Origin: Macrostomum lignano
Lineage: Eukaryota
DNA: 64,000 nucleotides
Assembly (NCBI GenBank): GCA_002269645.1
Contig: NIVC01002920.1
Span: 19,062-83,061 of the forward strand
Reading direction: 5' to 3'
Under the pieces are notes generated by a model. The model made no database searches. It saw nothing but the letters and a program-made list of their open reading frames with translations, and was not told where the DNA came from. The position numbers and the translations under genes are program-made. Shown here piece by piece: positions 54,129 to 64,000 of the stretch; position 1 is the first letter of the stretch; each line of letters begins with the position of its first letter.

Positions 54129-57100
54129 TCACTGCATTCCATACTCACTTTTAACGTGATGAAGCAGCCGTGGCAGGCTGGTTTCAATCGCGATGCTGCC
54201 AATCTTCTTCTCGTTTTGAATGACTGAAATGAAAACGTTGATTGAATCTGGGGTGATTAACAGTAAAATACATTTTTTCTTTGTTGGATTGTGTTTTAAA
54301 TGGTGTTTTAGAAATCGAACAAACTCGGAGAAGAAGTATAGCTCGTAGATCTATTTTTACCGTTACAGAAAATATAAAAACTGACACTCTGCGGAACCTT
54401 TGTGAGAATTCTATTCATCGGTTGATTTTTTATAATTCGGCTAAAGTAACTTGGTCACTCATTTAGTTGTCAATATATGATCCACTACACAAAACTTTAA
54501 TGCCTTATAAAAGACCCACGAAACATTTCAAACGTCTGTAGACCCCACGTCGATGTACGTCGCAGGCAATTGGGTATTTTGACGTTAAGCCGAAGGACAA
54601 TGACATCATGCGTAGGTCAGAATTCGATGTAATGTATTAAATGTATCAAATCTGCCCCCCAACATAGATGGACGTCGAAAACGTCTGCTGACCTAAATGA
54701 CTTCAAATTGCAGACGGGAGAGAGAAATCTCTAAATCTCACGTGGAAACTCGTTCCAGATGCAGCGGTCCTGTTCGATACTGGGTTGCAGGCCGACACTG
54801 GCCTCGCACAAGTCGCCGGCTGCCTCAGAAGCCAGCGTGAATCGAAGCTCGACTGGATCAGCCAGTAGCAAGCTGGTTAGCTGCTTCCTCATTCCTTCTT
54901 CTGAGTAATCGAAGCGCCATATATAGTCGAAGTTTAGGCGATAATCTCCAGGCTGAGACCACCCGGGTCTGGGGATGAGCACGCTGGGCGTGTGCGTATC
55001 CTCAGAGTCGGAATAGCCAGGTAGATTGAAGTAAACATAGCAGTTGTTAAGTTTGGGATTTTTCAAGGCCTCACTGTTCTCCATTAGATGCACAGTTGAT
55101 ATGGCGATGTCGCAGTGCCTCGAAACACTTTTCACTGTGAATGGTTTTTGTGTTTATGCTTTTTCTAGAATTTGAAGCGTTTACAAGCGTTAAAAGTCGA
55201 AAATACTTACTCCTATAATTCAGATGACTTCTGATGCTGATAGGTACAAATCTAAGTAGAGATTTTGGTAGCTCACGGCCGATCTCCAGTAGCAAGCTGG
55301 GCAAATCCGTGCTGATTTTGATGCTGCCCACCTGCTCGGTCCTCGCCATTACTAAAAGTTTTTGATAAAATTCATTACAAAATCCGAAATTCATATTTAC
55401 CGTATACGCTTAACCAAGAAAAAAGCAAGTTTACACGCACCAGGAAATCTCTCGTCTCTAACATCTACATGTACTTCACGTCTTAAGTAATCATCGAGTT
55501 TTATGATAGTCCTTCCCAATTCAGTCTTAACGAAAGAGCTTGCCAAGTTTGGTGATTTGCAAAATACTTTGAACGCGATCTGCAGGTTTCCCTCGAGAAT
55601 CGACTTGGCCAGCATCAGGCGGTTTTGGTAGTTGCCTGTCATGCTGTAGTCGTAAGTCTTTTCAAAATTGAAAGCAAGAAGGAACCCGTTTTTCGGAGAT
55701 TGCACCGAATTCAGGACTGGTCTCAAAAGAGACGTCATTGTTTCTTGAAGCTTGAAGCCGACTAGGTCAAATGCTACGTAGCACTTTCCCTTGCCAAGCT
55801 GTGAATTTGTCAAGACTTCAGATGAGCCGTTCAGTTGCACGTCAGCTATTCGCACAGTGCAGTTCTCAACGAAGGCTTCATCGATTTGCGAATAGGCTGA
55901 TTATTACCTGTAATCGAAAGGTACATGTCTGTCGTATCTATGGGAATGCATAGTTGTAAATATGAAGCCTCATTTATTTAATAGTTAAAAATACAAGGAT
56001 AGTTCGACATTGTCTCACCCTCGGCTTCATTTTCCTCAGCAGTAGGTTTTTGGACGTCCTCAAACGAGTCTAACCGTTTCCTGATCGAAATTAGCAGACT
56101 CGGCAGGCTCATGCTGATTTTGATGCTGCCAACTTTATTACCGTTTGACAGTACTAAAGTTACAAAGCGATACATTTTAATGCGACAACAATTCGGACAC
56201 TATCAGCATGTGATGCTAAAAGCCATCTAGCTTTTTACCAGACAGTATACATTTTTTTAAACTCTTGAAACTTGACTGAAACCTGCATTGCTTGCATACG
56301 AGTACTAAGAACTCATATTAATATACGACCAATGCCATCATATCACACTGGGACTACTGAAATAAAGGGTAAACCACCGTTGGACTAACAGGGAAAGCCA
56401 CCCACTGTCTATCTACCGATCTAAAAAAACTCACGTGGAAAGCTTTGTTTTCGAATATCCTCGCCTCGAGCAACAAACTCGTCCATTTTGACAGTCGCCT
56501 TGCCAAGATCCATGTAGAATTCACTCTCTGAGTCGGACGGCTCGCAAGCTACCACGAACGGAATCTCGATGCACTTTCGTCTTAAAAGCAGCATAGTTAA
56601 TATTTTTCTCTTGCTTGCGCTGCTGTAGTCGTAGACTCCTTGGAAATTGTAGCTGAGGCAGAACTCCTCAGGTCGCGACCGGCCCGGCCTGGGCGTCGGC
56701 ACAGATCCGGGCGTTTCCGTCTCCTCGCTTCGGAAACCGGGTAGCGAGAAGAGCACGGAGCACTTGGTGTTGTCGAGTTCTGGCTTCCTCAAAACATCGC
56801 TTGTTTCACTGAGCTCCACATTGAATATCTGGACTTTACAGCTTTCCATAGTGAATGAAACTAAACCTAGTAGCTTTTTTAAGTCGTTCTAATTCTGTCT
56901 GGCATCATTTAAATAGCAAGTTCGCAAACTGCAACTTCAGCTGAACTTTGGAATCTAAGAGGGAAGGTGAAGTTCTTAGGTAAAAATTGTCCACCTTAAT
57001 GAACTCCCACTTTCTCTGAGTAATTTGGGCTCTGGAATAATATTAGCAAAAAATGAAGTCAGAGATCTTCTACGTGCTGCAAAAGCCAATCTTCCTTTGT

Positions 57101-59444
57101 GCGAAAGAGAGTTAGAAATTGTCAGAAAAGTGGATGCGCTGCACACATCTTTGAGTACGTCATTGTGCATAATAAAATGGCAGCACTAAAATTAGCAGCT
57201 TACCCAAATGAAGTTCGCTTGATATTTTCTATTTATCTACCAAAATATAAAAATAAAAACGCTGAAACAATATCTAATTCATAATATAATCAGAATATAA
57301 TTCTGAATTAGAAATAAAAACAAAAATTGCAAACTTATTCACTAAGAATCTACGATACACACACCGTAAAACATAACAAACGAGATTCTCTATAGATGTA
57401 CATGTTAGTACAGAAAATTTAATTTAGAAATAACCTGATGCATCAGTTACACAACCAATGAGCATATGCTTACATGTAAAGTTGAGCAAAATGTTAGTAG
57501 CATGTACAGCTGATTCTAACGAGCGCACTGGTTTGATTATAGCTCTCATAACTTTTTTAGCAGAATTTCAAACCACTTGGGCACTTTGAAATTGATAAGC
57601 TTTCTAGCTCTTTAAAAAAGTTATTGACTTTTTTTTACCCTCTGGTATTTCATCGCAGATTTCCCGCAGCAGACTGGGCAAGTTGGTGCTAATCGTGATG
57701 CTGCCAACAACTTCATCTCCGTTCAGTACTGAAATAATAAAAAACGGCGTGTCTGGTGAACGACGCGTCTACTCGACATGTCCACTCAAAGCCCATTCTA
57801 CTGAATTTTAAGCACGCACAAACATGAAAACAATCATAAACTCATCAACTCAATCATGAAATTATCAACTCAATCATGATATCATCAACTCAATCATGAT
57901 ATCATCAACTCAATTATGAATCATCAACTCAATTATGAGATCATCAACTCAATTATGAATCATCAATGTAATCATGAGATCATCAACGCAATCAATAAAT
58001 CATCAACTCAATCCATAAAATCAACAACTCATTTTTGAAATATTCAACTCAATCATGAGATCATCAACGCAATCGTGAAATCATCAGCTCAATCAATGAA
58101 TCATCGACTCGATCATGAACTCCTGAACTCATGAATTTGATTATCATCAAAAGCGTGGATCATTCAAAATTAAGACCACAAAAGAACATCAAAAGTTAGC
58201 TAGGATAAAAAATCAAAGCGAATAAACTAATTAATTAACATGTCTTGAAAAAACCTACACGGAAAGCTCTCGTCTTGAATGTCCTTGCCATCAGACACAC
58301 GATCTTCGAGCTTGACGACCGCAGTGCCAAAATCCAAGAAGAACTCGCTGTCCTGATCCTCCGCCTCGCACACCAAGGTGAACGGAAGCTTAACTGGACT
58401 CGCCATTAACAGAGTGGCAAGCTGGATCCGCTTATTGTAATTTGTATCGTAGCTGTAGTCAAATCTCTTCTGGAAGTTAAACCTAAGATGGAAATCTTTT
58501 GCCTTGGTCCAGCCTGGTCTTGGCGTTGGTAGCGAGAGAGAAGTCTCCGTTTCGTCCATATCAAAACCAGGTAGATCAAAGGACACAAAGCTGTTGGTGT
58601 TGTCGAGCTCGGGATTCTGTAGAGCTCGGCAAGATTGCTCTAGCTGGACACTCGATATACAAACTGTACACATCTCGCGCGAGTCTGCTTTAGAAGTCGA
58701 CTGAGTCTTCCGACTGAGTGCTGAAGTTTGTTTCAGGTTTCAAACTCTTATTGAGAGTGTCTTTACGAGAAAATGACGAATAAATACAGAGTAAAATGGC
58801 AACAATAAAGCTTAAATTCTCACAGTCTTTAATATGATCATCGGCAGCTGGATTCGTTTCTATGCAAACGGCGAGCAGTAAGCTGGGCATACTTGTGCTC
58901 AGCTTTATCGTGCCAACTTGCTCTTTGTAGTAGGAAAGCACTAAAATATAAAACATCCGATTGATAGTAGTTAAGGAACTGATTTCAATTGATTACCTAC
59001 CGGTATTTTAAAAATATAACATTCTCAACCCGCACCAGGAAAGCTTTCCTTTTGGACGTCGTCCTTTCGAGCAATTCTATTATCGAGTCTGACAACGGCT
59101 CGGCCCAGATTAACTTCACTTTGCGATTCGTCCGGTAGGCAAATCAGGGTAAAATTGACATCAGCATGATACCGGCTGAGCATGTCATCCAGAGCCTGTC
59201 GCTTGCCTCTGCTGGAATAGTCGTATGAACTTTCGTAATCGAATTTCAGGACCAGATCCTGGCGTGTGGACGCTCCTGGTTTTCGGGTCGGCAGGATGGC
59301 GGGGGTCCTGGTGGCCTCCAGCTTATAGCTTGGCAGATCGAAAAGCACGTAGAACTTCGAACTTCTCAGATTCAATCCTGCCAAATCAGGGCAAGTCTGG
59401 TCGAGCCGGACGCTGAATATTTTCACCACGCAGCTTGATTCCAT
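54129..59444 (-). CDS. Protein of five tandem RID/RPGRIP1_C-like C2 domains (about 885 aa), stand-alone or a 3' extension of RPGRIP1L
   Basis: complement(join(54129..54223,54742..55134,55277..55351,55441..55896,56019..56153,56435..56860,57639..57728,58259..58720,58824..58940,59036..59444)) = 2658 nt, no stops, nine phase-1 GT-AG introns. Each domain is a large exon ending F-P-x plus a small (V/I)GSI.IS..LPSLL exon. A further 3' exon is possible (donor at 54148). Confidence 0.78.
57836..58130. repeat. Degenerate minisatellite of about 20 bp (ATCATCAACTCAATCATGAT)
   Basis: About 14 imperfect units inside an intron of the five-RID gene. Confidence 0.88.
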
Positions 59445-61485
59445 GGCTCCGCTGTAAAATCCGCATAAAATCCATGTAAAATTCAGATATTATTAGTTTG
59501 ATAAGAGAGTTCTCGCTGTTTCTAGAAAATTAAAGAACCTTTTTTTCCAGAATGTTCTGAATTACTGATTGACTGAATTACTGAATAAATTTGTTTGAAT
59601 TACTGAATAACTTTGTTGTTATACTCGTGAAATCTCAGTTTGTTGAAATGAAGAAAAAACAGCGAGAACTTTCTTATCAACCGAATATAATTATTATCAG
59701 TTGCTCTTTCTGCAAGCTTACCCAAATTGATGGTTCTTTGCTATCAAGACTTGCAGTCAATATAATCGTACTTGCATATATGATTACGAACTTATACACT
59801 GCTACAGAGGTATTCTGAAACTTTTTCTGCATTGTGTTGGCTTTTTAGCGAGAGACAGTTTGCATTTTGAAAGACTCACAATTCGTTCGGATGGATGGAC
59901 GTATGTACGAGTGAGCGCTCAGAAAGACTTACTCATGCATGATATGTGAGAGAACCATTTAATTTCGACAAATCTTACACTATTCATCAGTGGTCTATTG
60001 TACGAGTACATTAAACTGCCTGCCAACTCTCTCAACTTAGCTCTTATTGTGGAGTATGTGCGTACTCAGCATCCACATCTAGTCTGTCTGAGGTTTGCGT
60101 CCACTTTTTACAAAGCATTCTTTTATTAAAATGCGTCTAAACAGTCTCTAAGCGTAGCTTTCTGTATGCTAGAAAGACTACTGCACTCGTACATCCGTTT
60201 TAGTAAGTTACATGTATTTTTAATTTTTCTCAAAAATAGTGCATCAAACCTCTAAAGGACAGTTAATTGCTCGCTTTCTTATTTGAAAGTACAACAGGCG
60301 AAATATTATAAATTTTGTCTTATAAGCTTTCCATCTCCCTAATGAGAAATCCTCGAACGAACTTTTAAACTGCATCCTTTAGATATCCATAAAAACTTTC
60401 TCAAATTTGATTCCCACGTACACCGCCTTTCTGACAAAATACTTAGATTGTACTATGGTAAATAATAAATAAAAGTCCATTCGTGCCAATGCTGCAATTC
60501 CACTTGCATTGTTCAAAAACAGGTCTTTTGAAAGAGATTTTCTTACCATGTTATACTCAGAATCTAAAAGTATTTTTGCATATACTGCATTTAGGACTGT
60601 ATGGTATTGAATGATGGGTCTTTGATCGAACCAAAAAGTCTGAATTTAGAGCAAACCTTATTTCTTAGTTTTTGAATTTGCTCGTATATTTTCTATCCGA
60701 TATTTCGTGTCAGCTGATGGAGAATCTTTCATAACTCTAAATAACTTAACCAAATAAGCATTATTAGAAGAGGATATAGTTAAAATTAGATTTAAAATTT
60801 TCTCAGATCGACAACCGGCACATCTTAGGCGCATAACCCTTAGAAAAGCGTTTATTTCGCTTTTGAGTTACAAAGCAATTTTTAACTTAACTTTATCCCT
60901 GCTCGTCGCAATCGCGCTAAAGTAGTTACGCTCGTAGAAGTAAAAATATCAAATATTCAAGTCGGTAAAGTACGAGACGCAGCATCTGTGATAGAAGATA
61001 GACAGGTTTTTTTCAACATTTTTGTAGAAAATCACAGCGAGAAAGCGAAAGATCAGGCGTCGAAATAATAAATAAAATAGTTCTTAAGAGTACGAGCGTA
61101 TTCCTTTACATAAACGTGGTGCGAGGTTTCTGAGAGTGCATGTTTACTCTTACAGAAATACCGAAAAGAGACAGTTCGTCTAAATTCTACCACAAAGTAC
61201 CTTAACCGAAACGGAACGAACCAGAAACTATTAGCAAGACACTCCAGGTGCCGATATTACCAAGCTACCATAACTAGCCATAAATCTAAAAAACTAGAAA
61301 ATACGTAACACCATTTAGCTTCAAAACATGACACGTGCCAGACGTTATTATAACGTACAACAAAATCGCAGTGTACTATGATGAGAATCGCATAAAGGTA
61401 ATAAAATATCTGCAGGTTTTTTACAAAATCCATTATACTAAAATCAAGTCTAAAATGTCTTTAACAGCCAGAAGACAGAGCAGGA

Positions 61486-64000
61486 TTAGTTAACGAATCT
61501 GACGGCAGACTTTTTCGCGTCCGGGAGTTCGTTGTAGACCTCCAGTAGCAGGCTCGGCAGGTTCATGCTGATTTTGATGCTGCCCACTTGTTCATCGTTC
61601 AGCATTACTAAAATTGTTAGAAGACACATGGCATGATTAATGTGAGGTTTGGATTAGTCAAACTTTTTTATTTACCAAATATTGAAAAAAATATAATTAC
61701 ATATTACTACTAATGATAATAATTGATTAAACCTGCCCAAAGGGTATTACGTGGCGCATCTGAAGGCTGCGTACGGCTGTTCAGTCCAAGGACTGGGGGT
61801 CGCCAGATAGCCTCAATTACCCCAGCTAATGCTGGCACCCATTTTACAGCTGGGTGAACTGAAGCAATGCAGAGTTAAGTGTCTTGCTCAACGACACAAA
61901 TTGTTCTGAGAGGGTCCAAAATCAAACAACCGACCTTTCAGTCGCTTGTCCAACGCTCTGTAACCACTAAGGCTACAACAAGTATTTGTGAAAGTGTATT
62001 TCAAATAATCCTACTCGAGTTTTCACCCGAGTCAACTGGAACTCACGAGGAAAGATCTCTTCTCGAATGTCCTCGCCTTGAGCGATTCGATCGTCCAAAT
62101 TGACCATCGTTTTGCCCAGATCCACGAAAAATTCGCTCTCTGGATCAGACGGCTCGCACACCACAGTAAACGGGATCTCAATACTCTTCTGTCCCAATAG
62201 CAGCATCGCCAGTACTTTGCGCTTCTCGTAGCTGCCGGCGAAACTGTAGTCGTAGACTCTCTGAAAGTTGTAACTGAGGCAGAACTCATTGGTCGGGACT
62301 GGCCGGGCCTGGGCGTCCAGAGAGACACTGGCGTCTCCGTCTCCTCCTGCGAGAAGCCAGGCAAGAGGAAGAACACGTAGCACTTGGTGTCATCGAGGTC
62401 GGGATTTCTTAAGCCTGGCAGGTCTCGCTAAATTGCACGTTGAATATCTGGACTGTGCAGGCTTCCATTGAAGCACGACCAGTAGCTGTCAGCATCAGCT
62501 GCTGGCGGAGCTCGTCCCCGTGGCTACTCTCCGTCACCACGCCATCGATTCCTCCGCCTCCGGTGCCGGACGCTCTGTGTCCTCGTAGTCGTCCTCATAC
62601 TCAACCTCCTCCACTTCGTCTTCCGGTTCCGCCTCGGCAACGTCGTAATCGTCGTCTCGCAGACTGACGGACTGCAGATGCGAAGCGACGCCGCTTCTAC
62701 CAACGCTTGGACCTGAAGAATTCGTGGAGTTTAGAATTCGCTTGGAGCTTGGAACTATTGGTTTAGTCTTTATCTTCTGCAACCTGCTTATTCGTTTTTA
62801 GACAAGCCCTGGGTCAGGGTCATTGACAATGCCGAAACTCACCTAACGATGTATTTCTCACGTCCTGCGTATCCGTGATGCTAGTTACGCTGTCGGTGAC
62901 GGATGCTAAAGTGATGAAACCAGTTAGGAAAATTTTAGCAGCCTTGTTTTAGCCAGAAATAGTACTAACAGTAGGTTGATTAAACATGCATAGGCCTACC
63001 ATCCATGAGGGTGCTGACCCGAGTCTGGCTCGCCTGCGTATCGCCAGCGCCACCGCTGCGCCGATGCCAAAGCCGACGCTCTGCGCGGCAGCGGCTAAAG
63101 CAGCGGCCGACGGGCGTGCCGTTTCGGCGGTTGCGGCGTCTGAGACACCTGCGGCTGAATTTGGAGTTGGGATTCAAAATATACAGCTAGCTAAAAATAA
63201 ACTTCAGTAAATTTTATTATCTTATCAACACTACCAACCTGATTGTCCCCAGTCAGAGATCCCGACCGACTGCCAGTTCGTGCACTCGGTCGTGGCGACG
63301 ACGATCCCGACGCTGAATTCGGTGCTACAGCCGACGCTGTTGGCGATGGACCATGGCTGCTTCCGCTGGCACTTCCTGGGTGCCTCGGCGCGGGGTTCTC
63401 GGCTGCTGAACTGGCTGTGGCTGCGGCTGCTGGGGCTGAGTCGCTGCTGCGTGCTTCTCGCTGATCCGGTGTCGGATCCCAAGGCCACCGCCGCGCTGCG
63501 ATCAAGAGTAGAGTCATACCCAGGTTCCCGACGGCTTCAACTGCGGCTTGTCTCTCAGCAGTTCAGCTTCGCCAGTCATCAGTGGCAGAGGCTCGGCAGG
63601 TCCGTCCCAATGACCAGCTGGATTGTACGCAAACTGCCAGCTGAGCTCAAGCTCCAGAGTGCCGTTCGGCTGCTGATCAGCTCCGAGTAGTTGGTAGATG
63701 CCCTGCACAGCCCGGTTCTGGCTTAAGGACACTAGATCGATCTACATGGGGATACGAGTAGATAGGGGATTAGTAATGGGTAAATCGGTAAGAATAAGAA
63801 TCTTTTGGGTCTTGAATATCGAGAAATATGAAAAGTTCAGCCATGGCTGTTAAAACGTGTCTAAATCCTTATTGAAAACAATGAATGACATCCAAGTCAC
63901 CTTAGCAACGCCTAGGTAGGCGCCTTTCAAGAGGATCGTCTTCGTCCAGCACCCAGACGACGAGCTTCTGCGTCTTCAAATAGCGATCCAACTCTGGGGT
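61486..64000 (-). CDS. RPGRIP1L: 3' part of RPGRIP1L/MKS5-like gene (end of second C2 domain, low-complexity/acidic linker, RID); partial, several frameshifts
   Basis: ELDRYLKTQKLVVWVLDEDD..YLGVAK|IDLVSLSQNRAVQGIYQL....PNGTLELELSWQFAY matches the RPGRIP1L C2 end as recalled (DLDRYLKSESL..VFDD, ISGIFEL, GTIHVILKWKFAY). The RID carries ETETPVSL and FTVVCEP. Exons: 63901..>64000, 63520..63741, unresolved 62990-63500, about 62047..62780, 61486..61607. Confidence 0.8.
61705..61978 (-). mobile_element. tRNA-derived CORE-like SINE, copy 4 (last intron of the RPGRIP1L-like gene)
   Basis: Same body as 43090-43405; head tgtagccttagtggttacagagcg on the minus strand. Confidence 0.78.

Noticed and set aside
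56976-57170. 64-aa ORF as an extra exon of the five-RID gene
   Set aside because: Its apparent donor is phase 2, which would break the frame at the phase-1 acceptor at 56861; direct splicing 57639 to 56860 is in frame.

Overview
Animal (eukaryotic) genomic DNA: AT-rich intergenic sequence, GC-rich exons, short GT-AG introns, many micro/minisatellites, SINEs and MITEs. It resembles a free-living flatworm such as Macrostomum, but that is an unverified inference. All gene models were spliced by hand and checked for reading frame. The window holds: (1) nine RING - B-box - helical (TRIM/RBCC-like) paralogues, A to I; (2) the 3' end of an RPGRIP1L/MKS5-like ciliary transition-zone gene (61.5-64 kb, minus strand) with several single-base frameshifts; (3) directly downstream of it, a 10-exon, all-phase-1 ORF of about 885 aa made of five tandem copies of the RPGR-interacting C2 domain (RID, RPGRIP1_C-like); (4) three intronless secreted-protein paralogues; (5) Ty3/gypsy and probable Crypton remnants, a 1.37 kb foldback element, and a decayed ORF co-duplicated with the TRIM-like genes. 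Main finding: TRIM-like genes A (742-2668) and I (50885-52931) end in a RID-type C2 domain and keep the same internal phase-1 intron as the RID units. This suggests a ciliary C2 module was amplified locally and co-opted as the C-terminal, putative substrate-binding domain of an E3-ligase family.
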